A stretch of 58,641 nt of DNA from Actinomycetota bacterium (GCA_009703925.1 WLFD01000001.1:1-58641), one strand, 5' to 3'; numbered from the stretch's first letter, positions 39,286-50,290 are shown. Notes: generated by a model not told the origin, from the sequence alone. Program-made: numbers and translations.

Positions 39286-40692
39286 ATGGCCAAAGCCCGC
39301 ACGCTCTCCGAGAAGATCTGGGACGATCACCTGGTCCGCCAGGCTGACGGCGAACCCGACCTGCTCTACATCGACCTGCACCTGGTGCACGAAGTCACCT
39401 CACCGCAGGCGTTCGACGGACTCCGTCTCAGCGACCGCGGCGTACGCCGGGCCGAACTGACCGTCGCCACCGAGGATCACAACGTCCCCACCGCCGACAT
39501 CGATCAGCCCATCGCCGATCCGATCTCGCGCAAGCAGGTCGATGTCCTGCGTGCGAACACCGCCGAGTTCGACATCGTCGAGCACGCCATGGGAACACCC
39601 GGTCAGGGCATCGTTCACGTGATCGGTCCGGAACAGGGTCTCACCATGCCGGGCATGACCATCGTGTGCGGTGACAGTCACACCGCGACGCATGGCGCAT
39701 TCGGTGCACTTGCTTTCGGTATCGGAACCAGTGAGGTCGAGCATGTTCTCGCCACCCAGACGCTGCCGCAGAACAAGCCGGGCACGATGGCCATCGAGGT
39801 CGAGGGTGAACTTCCCGATGGCGTCACCGCCAAGGACCTCATCCTCGCCATCATCGGCCGCATCGGCACCGGTGGCGGCATCGGATCGGTCATCGAATAC
39901 CGAGGCTCGGCCATCCGCAGCCTGTCGATGGAAGGTCGCATGACCGTCTGCAACATGTCGATCGAAGCCGGCGCAAAGGCCGGGCTCATCGCCCCGGACG
40001 ACACGACCTTCGAGTACCTCAAGGGTCGTCTGCATGCCCCCACCGGCGCCGACTGGGATGCTGCCGTCGAGTACTGGCGCACGCTGCCCACCGACGAAGG
40101 TGCGACCTTCGACAAGACCGTCACGATCGACGCCACGAAGCTGCGGCCGTTCGTCTCGTGGGGAACCAACCCGGGCCAGGTCATCGAACTCGACGGCCTC
40201 ATCCCCGATCCCGATTCCTTCGCCGACTCGGGCGAGCGCGACGCTGCTCGCCGCGCTCTCGAGTACATGGGCATCACCGCCGGCACGCCGGTGCGCGACA
40301 TCCCCGTGCAGACCGTGTTCATCGGCTCCTGCACCAACAGTCGCATCGAGGACCTCCGTGCGGCCGCTGCCGTGGCCGAAGGACGTCAGGTCGCACCTGG
40401 TATCCGGGCCATGGTGGTTCCGGGTTCGTTCGCGGTGAAGGGTCAGGCCGAGGCCGAGGGCCTCGACAAGATCTTCACTGCCGCCGGCTTCGACTGGCGT
40501 GAACCGGGCTGCTCGATGTGTCTCGCGATGAATCCCGACAAGCTCGCTCCCGGCGAGCGTTCGGCATCCACCTCCAACCGCAACTTCGAAGGACGTCAGG
40601 GCAAGGGCGGACGGACACATCTCGTCTCTCCCGCTGTCGCTGCCGCCACCGCCATCTCCGGAACTTTCGCCGATCCCCGCGATCTGGCCTGA
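39286..40692 (+). CDS. leuC: 3-isopropylmalate dehydratase large subunit
   Basis: [22 protein letters not shown] and GCSMCLAMN (4Fe-4S Cys) motifs. Confidence 0.97.
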   Translation: MAKARTLSEKIWDDHLVRQADGEPDLLYIDLHLVHEVTSPQAFDGLRLSDRGVRRAELTVATEDHNVPTADIDQPIADPISRKQVDVLRANTAEFDIVEHAMGTPGQGIVHVIGPEQGLTMPGMTIVCGDSHTATHGAFGALAFGIGTSEVEHVLATQTLPQNKPGTMAIEVEGELPDGVTAKDLILAIIGRIGTGGGIGSVIEYRGSAIRSLSMEGRMTVCNMSIEAGAKAGLIAPDDTTFEYLKGRLHAPTGADWDAAVEYWRTLPTDEGATFDKTVTIDATKLRPFVSWGTNPGQVIELDGLIPDPDSFADSGERDAARRALEYMGITAGTPVRDIPVQTVFIGSCTNSRIEDLRAAAAVAEGRQVAPGIRAMVVPGSFAVKGQAEAEGLDKIFTAAGFDWREPGCSMCLAMNPDKLAPGERSASTSNRNFEGRQGKGGRTHLVSPAVAAATAISGTFADPRDLA

Positions 40693-40713
40693 ACAAGAGG
40701 GACCGAGCACATC

Positions 40714-41310
40714 ATGGAACCAGTCATCACCATCACCGGCACTGCGGTGCCACTCGACCGTTCGGACGTCGACACCGATCAGATCATCCCAAGCGACTGG
40801 CTCAAGCGCGTCGAGCGCACGGGCTTCGGCGCCGGCCTGTTCTCCGAATGGCGCGAGGATCCCGAGTTCGTCATGAACCTCCCCCAGTTCGGCGGCGCAT
40901 CCATCCTGATCGCCGGCCCCAATTTCGGTGTGGGCTCGTCCCGCGAGCACGCCGTGTGGTCGATCATGGATTACGGATTCAAGGCTGTCATCACACAGCG
41001 CTTCGGTGACATCTTCCGGAACAACTCGACCAAGAACGGGCTCGTGCCCGTGGTCGTCTCACCCGAGATCGCCGAGCAACTGCTCCGGGCCGTCGAAGCC
41101 GATCCGACAACCGAGATCACGATCGACATCGCCACGCGCAGGGTGACCGCCCCGTCACTCGGCATCGACATCGAGTTCCCGCTCGACGACGCCACCCAGG
41201 ACAGATTCCTGAACGGACTCGACGACATCGGCATCACGCTCCAGCACGAAGCCGCCATCACCGAATTCGAGAAGACCCGGCCCAGCTGGATGCCCTCCAC
41301 CTCGAAGTAG
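40714..41310 (+). CDS. leuD: 3-isopropylmalate dehydratase small subunit
   Basis: DVDTDQIIP and NFGVGSSREHA motifs. Confidence 0.97.
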   Translation: MEPVITITGTAVPLDRSDVDTDQIIPSDWLKRVERTGFGAGLFSEWREDPEFVMNLPQFGGASILIAGPNFGVGSSREHAVWSIMDYGFKAVITQRFGDIFRNNSTKNGLVPVVVSPEIAEQLLRAVEADPTTEITIDIATRRVTAPSLGIDIEFPLDDATQDRFLNGLDDIGITLQHEAAITEFEKTRPSWMPSTSK

Positions 41311-41388
41311 TTGGCGCTCGGGCAGGGTCGATGCTTTGGTCGATCGAAACGCCCCTGTGGTGATCCAGAGGTCTTGAATCCCCGTTGA

Positions 41389-42984
41389 TCAGGGAGTGAT
41401 CGAACCGGGCCGCGAAACCGAGTTCGGGTTCTCCCCCGAATCGCGTACCCGGACGATCCGGTTGATCGCGTTGAGGAACGCGCGGGCCGAAGCCTCGACG
41501 ACATCGGTCGACAACCCCCGACCGGGCATCGACACACCGTCGACCTCGAAGCGCAGGGCGACATCTGCGAGCGCATCGACTCCACCGGTCACGGAGGTCA
41601 CCGCGTAGTCGGTGAGGTTGCCGTCGATGCCTGTCGCGATTCGGATCGCCTTGCAGGCGGCGTCGACCATCCCATCGCCATCGGCCGACGCTTCGAGCTT
41701 CTCACCGTCATGGTCCAGCACGATCGAGGCTGTTGGCGTGGAGTTCGATCCGCCGCTGCAATCGATCGCGACCAGCGAGAACGCATAGCGAACCGTGTCT
41801 CCAACCTCTTCGGCGACCAATGCCTCGAGATCCGCGTCGCTCAGTTCGACCTTGCGATCGGCCAGTTCCTTGAACCTGGTGAACACCTGATTCAGGGCAT
41901 CGCCGCTCAGGTCGTATCCCATCTTCTTGAGCGTGTCGGCGAACGCATGCCGGCCGGAATGCTTGCCCAGGACGATCTTCGATTCGCCCTGACCGACCGC
42001 GGCCGGATCCATGATCTCGTAGGTGGTGCGCTCGTTCAGCACACCGTGCTGATGGATACCCGACTCGTGGGCAAACGCATTACGCCCGACGACAGCCTTG
42101 TTGTACTGCACCGGATAGCCGGTCAGGCGGCTGACCAGACGACTGGTGCGGGCCAGTTCCTCGGACTTGATGCCCGTGTCGATGCCACCGAAGAAATCGG
42201 CGCGGGTGCGCAGCGCCATGACGATCTCTTCGAGAGCGGCGTTACCGGCACGCTCGCCCAATCCGTTGACGGCGCATTCGATCTGACGAGCACCCAGTTG
42301 TACCGCCGCAAGCGAATTGGCCACGGCCAGACCCAGGTCATTGTGGCAATGCGTCGAGATGACATAGTCACCCTTGACCACCTTGCGCACATTGGCGAGC
42401 CGTTGCGCATATTCATCGGGCACCGCAAAACCGACCGTGTCGGGAATGTTCAATGTCGTCGCTCCGTTGTCGACGGCGATCTGCAGAACCTCGGACATGA
42501 AATCGAAGTCCGAACGCGACGCGTCCTCCGGCGAGAACTCGACATCCTCGGTGTATTCGCGCGCCCGAGCCACGCCCGACGCCGCTTCGGCCTTCACCTG
42601 ATCGCGAGTCATACGCAGCTTGTGTGTCATGTGCGTCTCGCTCGTAGCGATGAACACATGGATGCGACGTCGGGCCGCCGGCTCGATGGCTTCCCAACAA
42701 CGATCGACATCACCCAGCGCCGTGCGGGACAGGCCGCAGATGATCGGACCCGAGACGCTTCGGGCGATGGCCTGCACGGATTCGAAGTCACCCTGACTGG
42801 CGATCGGGAAGCCGGCCTCGATCACGTCGACCCCGAGCCTCGCCAGTTGCTCCGCTATCTCGAGCTTCTCACCCTCGTCCAACGAGATGCCCGGCGACTG
42901 CTCGCCATCGCGCAGCGTCGTGTCGAAGATGATGACGCGGTCGGCATCGGTTGCAGGGGTTGCGGATTCTGGGGTGGAGGCCAT
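41389..42984 (-). CDS. leuA: 2-isopropylmalate synthase
   Basis: FDTTLRDGEQSPG, HCHNDLG, GERAGN, HESGIHQ and LGKHSG motifs. GAAAGG RBS. Confidence 0.95.
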   Translation of the reverse strand: MASTPESATPATDADRVIIFDTTLRDGEQSPGISLDEGEKLEIAEQLARLGVDVIEAGFPIASQGDFESVQAIARSVSGPIICGLSRTALGDVDRCWEAIEPAARRRIHVFIATSETHMTHKLRMTRDQVKAEAASGVARAREYTEDVEFSPEDASRSDFDFMSEVLQIAVDNGATTLNIPDTVGFAVPDEYAQRLANVRKVVKGDYVISTHCHNDLGLAVANSLAAVQLGARQIECAVNGLGERAGNAALEEIVMALRTRADFFGGIDTGIKSEELARTSRLVSRLTGYPVQYNKAVVGRNAFAHESGIHQHGVLNERTTYEIMDPAAVGQGESKIVLGKHSGRHAFADTLKKMGYDLSGDALNQVFTRFKELADRKVELSDADLEALVAEEVGDTVRYAFSLVAIDCSGGSNSTPTASIVLDHDGEKLEASADGDGMVDAACKAIRIATGIDGNLTDYAVTSVTGGVDALADVALRFEVDGVSMPGRGLSTDVVEASARAFLNAINRIVRVRDSGENPNSVSRPGSITP

Positions 42985-43009
42985 CGAAGGCTGCCTTTCA
43001 CTTCTGGTC

Positions 43010-43043
43010 GATTGCACTGGGTTGATTGCACTGGGTTGATTGC
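43010..43043. repeat. 14-bp tandem repeat, about 2.4 copies
   Basis: GATTGCACTGGGTT GATTGCACTGGGTT GATTGC in the leuA 5' region. Confidence 0.88.
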
Positions 43044-43088
43044 TTCTGAGGGAGTCGGTGGGGGCCGATTCCGGAAAAACTGGACCGC

Positions 43089-43154
43089 AAAACGAAGAAA
43101 CCTCCCGAACCCGGAGGTACGAGAGGCTGACGAGCACCAGAGGTGGCACTCGCC
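43089..43154 (-). terminator. Attenuator hairpins of the leuA leader
   Basis: GGCGAGTGCCA/TGGTGCTCGTC hairpin, then a GCCTCTCG...CGGGAGGT stem followed by TTCTTCGTTTT. Confidence 0.8.
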
Positions 43155-43196
43155 TTATCGAAGGAGTAGCTCCGAGATGAAATCGGTGGAACGCAT
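43155..43196 (-). CDS. Leader peptide MRSTDFISELLLR (Leu control codons)
   Basis: ATG 6 nt after CAGACT. Tandem CTA CTC CTT codons lie one codon before TAA. Confidence 0.8.
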   Translation of the reverse strand: MRSTDFISELLLR

Positions 43197-43234
43197 GGGA
43201 GGAGTCTGCCGGAGACGCGGGACGAATGCAACCA

Positions 43235-43261
43235 CCGCCCGGGATCGGTGATCCCGGGCGG
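43235..43261 (-). terminator. serA terminator hairpin
   Basis: Perfect 12-bp stem CCGCCCGGGATC/GATCCCGGGCGG just after the serA stop. Confidence 0.75.
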
Positions 43262-43276
43262 AAGGAGACGATTCGA

Positions 43277-44833
43277 TCAGAGTGCGTCGACCGAGACGAT
43301 GCCCTCGACGGCGCGCAACGTTGCGCAGACCTCGGCCGGTACCGGTGCGGCCGTGGCGAGGACCATCATCGCCGAGGCGCCACTGGCGGCCTGGCCGACA
43401 TCCATGTCCGCGATGTTCACGCCTGCTTCGCCGACGATGGTGCCGACGATGCCGATCATTCCCGGGCGATCGTCGTTGCGCACAACGAGCATGTTGTTCG
43501 TCGGCGGCACATCCACGCGGTGATCGTCGACCATCACCAGGCGGGCCTCGCCCTCCATGCCGACGAGCGTGCCGGCGATGTTGTGGCCGCTACCGCGGAC
43601 GGTTACGAGATTGACGTAATGGTGTGCGGTGGTCGAACTCGACTCGGTCACGGTTATGCCGCGCTCCTCGGCCAACTTCGGTGCGTTGACGAACGAGACG
43701 GGCTCGTCGCTCGTGCGTGCGAAGAATCCCTTGAGCAACGACAGCGTGAGGATACGCGTGTCGTATCCGCCAATCTCTCCCTCGTACGCGATCTCGAGGG
43801 AATCGACCGAGCCGCCAAGGCCGGCGAAGAGCGAGCCGAGACGTTCCGCGAGCGGAAGGAACGGGCGTACGGTTTCACTGGCTTCAGCTGCGTTGACGTT
43901 GACGGCGAACGGCACGAACTCACCGGCGAGGGCGAGTCCGACCATCTCGGCGATCGTGTCGCCAGCTTTGTCCTGAGCTTCGTGGGTGCTTGCACCGAGA
44001 TGCGGGGTGACGACAACTTCGGGAAGCCCGAACAGCGGTGATTCCGTGGTGGGCTCCTTGTCGAAGACGTCGAGTGCGGCCCCACCGACGTGTCCTGACT
44101 TGATCGCATCGGCAAGATCGCTCTCGACGATGATTCCGCCGCGGGCAACGTTGATGATGCGAATGCCCTTCTTGGCCTTGGCCAAAGTGGTCGCATTGAT
44201 GAGACCGATGGTCTCGGGCGTCTTGGCGACGTGAAGAGTCACGAAGTCGGCTGTAGCCAACAATGTGTCGAGATCGACGAGTTCGATGTTCATCTTGCGC
44301 CCCATTTCGGGGGAGACGAACGGGTCGTAGGCGATCAGACGCATGCCGAAGGCCATTGCCCGCTGGGCGACCAACTTTCCGATGCGACCCAGACCGACGA
44401 CGCCGAGCGTCTTGTCGGCAAGCTCGACGCCGGTCCAGCGGCTGCGTTCCCAGCGACCCGACACCAGCGCGGCGTGAGCCTGCGGAACATTTCGGGCGAG
44501 GGCGAGAAGAAGCGCCATCGTGTGCTCGGCGGCGGAGAGGATGTTCGATTGAGGGGCGTTCACGACCATCACGCCGCGTTCGGTCGCTGCGTCCGTGTCG
44601 ACGTTGTCGAGCCCGATACCGGCTCGACCGACGACCACGAGATCGGTTCCGGCGGCGAGGACCTCGGCCGTGACATCGGTCGCCGACCGGATGATGAGTG
44701 CGTTCGCACCGACGATTGCCGAGAGCAATTCCTCGGGGCTCAGACCCTCCTGGACATCGACGGTGTGTCCGGCAGCCCGGAGGCGGTCGAGGCCGCCCTC
44801 CGCGATGGTTTCAGTTACAAGGATGCGAGCCAT
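43277..44833 (-). CDS. serA: D-3-phosphoglycerate dehydrogenase
   Basis: GRAGIGLDN, GLGRIG, NVARGG and TPHLGAST motifs; C-terminal ACT domain (NDDRPGMIG). Confidence 0.95.
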   Translation of the reverse strand: MARILVTETIAEGGLDRLRAAGHTVDVQEGLSPEELLSAIVGANALIIRSATDVTAEVLAAGTDLVVVGRAGIGLDNVDTDAATERGVMVVNAPQSNILSAAEHTMALLLALARNVPQAHAALVSGRWERSRWTGVELADKTLGVVGLGRIGKLVAQRAMAFGMRLIAYDPFVSPEMGRKMNIELVDLDTLLATADFVTLHVAKTPETIGLINATTLAKAKKGIRIINVARGGIIVESDLADAIKSGHVGGAALDVFDKEPTTESPLFGLPEVVVTPHLGASTHEAQDKAGDTIAEMVGLALAGEFVPFAVNVNAAEASETVRPFLPLAERLGSLFAGLGGSVDSLEIAYEGEIGGYDTRILTLSLLKGFFARTSDEPVSFVNAPKLAEERGITVTESSSTTAHHYVNLVTVRGSGHNIAGTLVGMEGEARLVMVDDHRVDVPPTNNMLVVRNDDRPGMIGIVGTIVGEAGVNIADMDVGQAASGASAMMVLATAAPVPAEVCATLRAVEGIVSVDAL

Positions 44834-44893
44834 AGCCCTCCATCCTTACGGGCCGATCCCCCGCCCGCCAAACGAGATCGCCGGTCATCGGAC

Positions 44894-46921
44894 TCAGAGA
44901 TTGGCGATGGCGATCGGTTCGACCTCGTCGGCGAGTTCGAATCCCAGAATGCGACTGTAGAAGTAGGCCTCGGCCTCCAGTGCCCTCTTGATCGTCGCCG
45001 CCTGACGGAATCCGTGGCCCTCGCCCTCGAAGGCGAGGTACGCCCACGGGACACCGTTGGCCTCGAGCGCCTCGACCATCATCTCCGCCTGGTTCGGCGG
45101 CACGATCTCGTCGTCCATGCCCTGAAGCACGATCAGCGGACATTCGAGATCTTCGACGTGGTGGATCGGCGAGCGTGCGGTGTAGATGTCACTGCGGGCC
45201 GGCCACGGGCCGACCAGCGAATCGAGATAGCGGGCCTCGAACTTGTGGGTGTCGCGTGCCAGCGCCTCGAGATCGGCGACGCCATAGAGGCTGCAGCCGG
45301 CGGCGAACACCTCGCGGAAGGTGAGCGCGCACAGGGTGGTGTACCCACCGGCGCTGCCGCCCCGGATGATCAATCGATCGCGATCGGCATCTCCGCGGTC
45401 GATGAGGAAGCGTGTGGCCGCGATGGAATCGTCGACGTCGACGATCCCCCACTCCCCGATCAGACGTCGGCGGTAGGAACGCCCGTAACCGGTCGAGCCG
45501 CCATAGTTGACATCGACCACACCGAAACCCCGCGATGTCCAGTACTGCACGCCGAGATTGAGTTGCGGTCGCGCTGCCGACGTGGGCCCGCCATGGCTGA
45601 GCACGATCAGTGGCGCGCGCTCACCCTCCGGCGCCCCGAACCCGGGATTGGTCGGCGGGTAGAACAGGCCATGGGCGAAGCGATCACCCGAGGTGGCGAA
45701 CGTGATGGACTCGGGGACGGAGAACCATTCGACTCCGAGGCCGAGATCGCGCGGCTCGCTGATCGGGTTGACGAACACCGCTGTCGAGCCGTCGATGTCG
45801 GGCGAGGTGGGAATGTCGATGACCGAGACGACCGCTTCGGTCGTCGGGGACGCCCCGATCAGGACCGCACCGAGGCCGAACGCCCGAAGTGACGACAGCG
45901 CAGTGAACGGCGATTCGACGGGAACCATCGCTCCGCCTTCGGCAGGGATCACGCCGAGATGATCGACCCCGTGTCGGAACCACGCCACGAGGATGCGACC
46001 ATCTGCGAGCACCGCGTAGCGGGATGTGTCGAACACCCAGTGCGGGATGCCGATCTCGGCGTCGATCGGAGCGATCGGCGTCGGTTCGGGAACCGAACCC
46101 GAGGTGACGACCGAACGAACATCGGCGGCATCGACGCGGTAGAGGTTCCACCAATCGGTGCGGTCGGAGATGAACAGCAGCGAACCGTCGGGCAACCATT
46201 CGGGTTGCGAGATGGACTCGTCGCGCCCGCCGGCGACAACGTGCGTGTCGCCGACAACGATTGCACCTGCGTCGGCCTGATCGTCGTACATCGACGCAAC
46301 ACAGAGTTCCGTGCCGTCCCACGGCATGTCGGGATGGTCCCAACGGAACCACGCCAGAACATTGCCGTCGGGATTGACCCGCGGCGACGCCACGAAGTCG
46401 GAACCGCTTACGAGCACGACGGGTTCGTCCGGCGCCCCGTCGTGATGAACACGTACCGCCACGATTTCGTTGATCGCCTGCTCGGCACCTTCTGCGTGCC
46501 GCTCACGCACGCACACGACCCAACGGCCGTCGGCGGTGAAGCGCCCATCGGCATACCGGTCAGCATGACGTGTCGCCGGTTCGGGCGTGAGCGCCACGGG
46601 ATAATCGGTGCCACCGGCCAGCCGATAGAGCCGTTGGTCGGTCCAGTTCACGAACACGACATCGTCGCCATGGAGCCACCAAGCCCCACCGCCGTACTCG
46701 TGCACGCGCGTGCGCGCACCGAAACCTTCGGGAAGCATGTCCACCGTGTCGCGGCCGGGACGATGGCGAACGAGCTGGATGCGGCCGCCCTCTTCCGGAC
46801 GGGCTTCGGACCACCACACGTCGGTTCCACCGACATACACGTCGCCGATCGAAACCGACTTGGACACGATGAGATCGGCCGTGATCGGTGACGACCACGA
46901 TCCGAACGGTGCGGTGGTCAC
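44894..46921 (-). CDS. S9 family (prolyl oligopeptidase-like) peptidase
   Basis: APFGSWSSPI, HGGPT, GGSAGG, QGMDD and EGHGF (catalytic triad) motifs. Confidence 0.92.
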   Translation of the reverse strand: MTTAPFGSWSSPITADLIVSKSVSIGDVYVGGTDVWWSEARPEEGGRIQLVRHRPGRDTVDMLPEGFGARTRVHEYGGGAWWLHGDDVVFVNWTDQRLYRLAGGTDYPVALTPEPATRHADRYADGRFTADGRWVVCVRERHAEGAEQAINEIVAVRVHHDGAPDEPVVLVSGSDFVASPRVNPDGNVLAWFRWDHPDMPWDGTELCVASMYDDQADAGAIVVGDTHVVAGGRDESISQPEWLPDGSLLFISDRTDWWNLYRVDAADVRSVVTSGSVPEPTPIAPIDAEIGIPHWVFDTSRYAVLADGRILVAWFRHGVDHLGVIPAEGGAMVPVESPFTALSSLRAFGLGAVLIGASPTTEAVVSVIDIPTSPDIDGSTAVFVNPISEPRDLGLGVEWFSVPESITFATSGDRFAHGLFYPPTNPGFGAPEGERAPLIVLSHGGPTSAARPQLNLGVQYWTSRGFGVVDVNYGGSTGYGRSYRRRLIGEWGIVDVDDSIAATRFLIDRGDADRDRLIIRGGSAGGYTTLCALTFREVFAAGCSLYGVADLEALARDTHKFEARYLDSLVGPWPARSDIYTARSPIHHVEDLECPLIVLQGMDDEIVPPNQAEMMVEALEANGVPWAYLAFEGEGHGFRQAATIKRALEAEAYFYSRILGFELADEVEPIAIANL

Positions 46922-46928
46922 GAGACGC

Positions 46929-48134
46929 TCAGCTTGCGTTCGCGACGAGGTCGGCGATGCGGCCGATGCCTTCAGTGATGTCGGCATCGCTCACTGCGAA
47001 CGAAATGCGCACATAGCCCGGGGCAGCGAATGCTTCACCCGGAACCAGCGCTACCTTCGCCTGATCCAGGATGACCTCGCACAGTTCGGCAGTCGTGGTC
47101 GGCACGACCCCGCCGAAGTTGCGACCGAGGAGTCCCTCGAACGACGGGAACGCATAGAACGCGCCCTGCGGCACCATGCAGGTGACACCGGGAATCGCGT
47201 TGAGCAGACCGTGGATGAGTTCGGCGCGACGGGCGAATGCCGTGCGCATCTCGTCGACGCAACCGAGACCGCCTTCGAGCGCGGCGATCGCCGCCCGCTG
47301 CGAGACGTTGGCGACATTCGATGTGGAATGCGACTGGAGATTGGTGGCCGACTTGATGAGATCGGCAGGACCGATCATCCAGCCGACGCGCCAACCGGTC
47401 ATCGCGTATGTCTTGGCGACGCCGTTCAGGATGACGCACGTATCTGCGAGACCGGGCACAAGGGCAAGGATCGAGGTGAACTCGTTGTCACCGAAGGTCA
47501 GGTGCTCGTAGATCTCGTCGGTGATGACCCAGATCCCGTGGGCGAGCGCCCATTCGCCGATGGCCTTCACCTCGTCGGCCGGATACACCGCGCCGGTCGG
47601 GTTCGACGGCGACACGAAGACCAGCGCCTTGGTGTTCGGCGTGCGGGCGGCTTCGAGTTGTTCGACCGTCACCCGGAATCCCGACGAGACGTCGGTGGGA
47701 AGGACGACGGAGATTCCGCCGGCCAGAGCGATCGGCTCCGGATAGGTGGTCCAGTACGGCGCCGGAAGCAGCACCTCGTCACCCGGGTTCAGGAGCGCCT
47801 CGAACGTGTTGTAAACCGCGTGCTTGCCGCCGTTGGTCACGAGGACCTGGCTCGGCAGCACCTCGACGCCGGAGTCGCGGAGGGTCTTGGCCGCGATGGC
47901 TTCCTTCAGCTCGGGAAGACCCGCGGCCGGGGTGTAGCGATGATTCTTGGGATCGCTGCATGCGGCGATCGCGGCGTCGACCACGTGCTGTGGCGTCGGG
48001 AAGTCGGGTTCACCGGCACCGAAGCCGATGACGGGCTCGCCGGCGGCCTTGAGGGCCTTTGCCCTGGCATCGACGGCGAGAGTGGCCGATTCTGTGATTG
48101 CGCCGACTCGGCGGGACAAGCGTTCCAAAGCCAT
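46929..48134 (-). CDS. aspC: Class I PLP-dependent (aspartate) aminotransferase
   Basis: GAGEPDF, SPSNPTG, TDEIY and [12 protein letters not shown] motifs. Confidence 0.88.
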   Translation of the reverse strand: MALERLSRRVGAITESATLAVDARAKALKAAGEPVIGFGAGEPDFPTPQHVVDAAIAACSDPKNHRYTPAAGLPELKEAIAAKTLRDSGVEVLPSQVLVTNGGKHAVYNTFEALLNPGDEVLLPAPYWTTYPEPIALAGGISVVLPTDVSSGFRVTVEQLEAARTPNTKALVFVSPSNPTGAVYPADEVKAIGEWALAHGIWVITDEIYEHLTFGDNEFTSILALVPGLADTCVILNGVAKTYAMTGWRVGWMIGPADLIKSATNLQSHSTSNVANVSQRAAIAALEGGLGCVDEMRTAFARRAELIHGLLNAIPGVTCMVPQGAFYAFPSFEGLLGRNFGGVVPTTTAELCEVILDQAKVALVPGEAFAAPGYVRISFAVSDADITEGIGRIADLVANAS

Positions 48135-48270
48135 TTGCTGACGTGATCCTCGGTTTGACGGACGGGTTGCGACCCCGACGCTACCGGCTGGGGGCCTCGA
48201 GCCCGAAGCCGGTTTGCCGTGATCTGTGGCTCATTTCCTCCGGGCACCCCGCGGATGGGATCATGGGTGC

Positions 48271-49407
48271 GTGACTACATCGATTCCGAAGATCACCATC
48301 CCCGCCGACCTGCTCCCCAACGACGGCCGCTTCGGTTGCGGCCCGTCCAAGGTTCGTCCCGAAGCCGTCGCCGCCCTTGCATCGGCCGGGCTCGATTATC
48401 TCGGAACCAGCCACCGCCAGGAGCCGGTCAAGCTCATGGTGAGCCGCCTCCGCAACGGACTTGCCGAACTGTTCGCCCTCCCCGACGGTTACGAGATCAT
48501 GCTCGGCAACGGTGGATCCACGGTCTTCTGGGACATCGCCACCTTCGGCCTCATCGACCGCCGCAGCCAGCACCTCACCTTCGGTGAGTTCTCCTCCAAG
48601 TTCGCCCAGGCCGCCGCGGCCACCCCGTTCCTCGACGACCCGGTCGTGATCAAGAGCGAGCCGGGCACCCATCCCGAAGCCATCCCGGATTCGGCGATCG
48701 ATGTGTACGCGTTCACCCACAACGAAACGTCCACCGGTGTGGCGATGCCCCTCGTACGCCCGGCCGGCACCAGCGCCGACGAGTCCCTCGTTCTCGTCGA
48801 CGCCACCTCCGCCGCCGGCGGCCTGCGTTTCGATGCAGCCCAGACCGACGTCTACTACTTCGCTCCGCAGAAGTGCTTCGCATCCGATGGTGGACTGTGG
48901 CTCGCCGCGGTTTCACCCGCTGCCATCGAGCGCATCCAACGCATCGGCGCATCGGGTCGCTGGATTCCCGAATCGCTCAATCTCGTCACCGCACTCGACA
49001 ATTCCCGCAAGGATCAGACGTACAACACGCCTGCACTCGCCACGGTTTTCCTCGCCGTGCAGCAGGTCGAGTGGTTCAACGACAACGGAGGCCTCCACTG
49101 GGCCGCGTCGCGTTGCGATCGTTCCGCCGAGATCATCTACTCGTGGGCCGAGGCCAGTTCCTACGCAACGCCGTTCGTCACGGACGAAGCCAAGCGCAGT
49201 CACGTCGTCGCCACCATCGATCTGGATGATTCGATCGACGCCAACACCGTCAGTGCCGTGCTTCGGGCCAACGGCGTCGTCGACACCGACAGCTATCGCA
49301 AACTCGGACGCAACCAGATCCGCGTTGCGCTGTTCCCCGCGATCGACCCGGAAGACGTCGCCGCCCTCACGAAGTGCGTCGACCACGTGGTCGCACAACT
49401 TTCCTGA
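48271..49407 (+). CDS. serC: Phosphoserine aminotransferase (actinobacterial type)
   Basis: DGRFGCGPSKVR, GTSHRQ, HNETSTG, FAPQK and QTYNTP motifs. Confidence 0.93.
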   Translation: MTTSIPKITIPADLLPNDGRFGCGPSKVRPEAVAALASAGLDYLGTSHRQEPVKLMVSRLRNGLAELFALPDGYEIMLGNGGSTVFWDIATFGLIDRRSQHLTFGEFSSKFAQAAAATPFLDDPVVIKSEPGTHPEAIPDSAIDVYAFTHNETSTGVAMPLVRPAGTSADESLVLVDATSAAGGLRFDAAQTDVYYFAPQKCFASDGGLWLAAVSPAAIERIQRIGASGRWIPESLNLVTALDNSRKDQTYNTPALATVFLAVQQVEWFNDNGGLHWAASRCDRSAEIIYSWAEASSYATPFVTDEAKRSHVVATIDLDDSIDANTVSAVLRANGVVDTDSYRKLGRNQIRVALFPAIDPEDVAALTKCVDHVVAQLS

Positions 49408-49439
49408 TCCCCGACTGCCGCCGAACCCGCTGAAACCGC

Positions 49440-50210
49440 TCAGCCGCGCGGCATACCGCCGGCGACGACGTGATCCTCGCCGGTCACGAACGACGATGCA
49501 TCGCTGGCGAGGTACAAGACCGGGCCGATGATCTCCTCGGTGTCCGCAACCCGCTTCATCGACGTGACCGATGCGGCGCGTTCGAAGAATCCCGGGGTCA
49601 TCGCTTCGGCACCATCGGTGAGTTCGCTGCGGATCGGCCCGGGGCTTATCGCATTGACCCGGATGTTCCAGGGCGCGAACTCCTTCGACATGGTCCGCGT
49701 CAGGTTGATCAGACCGGCCTTCGACGCGCCGTACGCCCCGACACCGGGACCACCGCTGTACGCGCCGACGGTGGCGATGTTCACGATGCTGCCGCCTCCA
49801 CCGTCGCGCATGACCGGAGCGACGCAGGTGGACATGCGCAGCGGACCCTCGAGGTTCACGGCGAACACCTTGCGCCACAGCGAGAGTTCTGTGTCGGACA
49901 GCGAGACCCCCGACGGATTGATGCCGGCGTTGTTCACGAGAACGTCGATGCGGCCGAACCGTTCGACAACTGCGTCGACAAAGGCGGGTATCGCGTCCCA
50001 GTCGCCGACATGACAGGCCAGCGGAAGAACATCGGCACCCGTTGCGGCACGGAGTTCGGCGGCGACCGAGTCGCACAGGTCCTGTTTCCGGCTGCTCACG
50101 ACGAGCTTGGCGCCCGATGCGGCGAATCCCGATGCCATCGCCCGACCGAGACCCTTGGTCGATCCGGTGACGATGACGACCTTGTCCGTGAAATCGAATG
50201 ATGCCTGCAC
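49440..50210 (-). CDS. SDR oxidoreductase
   Basis: TGSTKGLG, NNAG and YGASK motifs. Confidence 0.92.
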   Translation of the reverse strand: MQASFDFTDKVVIVTGSTKGLGRAMASGFAASGAKLVVSSRKQDLCDSVAAELRAATGADVLPLACHVGDWDAIPAFVDAVVERFGRIDVLVNNAGINPSGVSLSDTELSLWRKVFAVNLEGPLRMSTCVAPVMRDGGGGSIVNIATVGAYSGGPGVGAYGASKAGLINLTRTMSKEFAPWNIRVNAISPGPIRSELTDGAEAMTPGFFERAASVTSMKRVADTEEIIGPVLYLASDASSFVTGEDHVVAGGMPRG

Positions 50211-50290
50211 GAGTCCCCCTCGATTGTCTTCCAGTACTTCGTCGCAGACCGTAGTCGTCCAACAGGCAACGATCACCGTGATGACGCGCA

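Noticed and set aside
35152-43043. Short repeat arrays as possible CRISPR arrays or iterons
   Set aside because: The units are 13-15 bp and directly adjacent, with no unique spacers. There is no cas or rep gene in the window.
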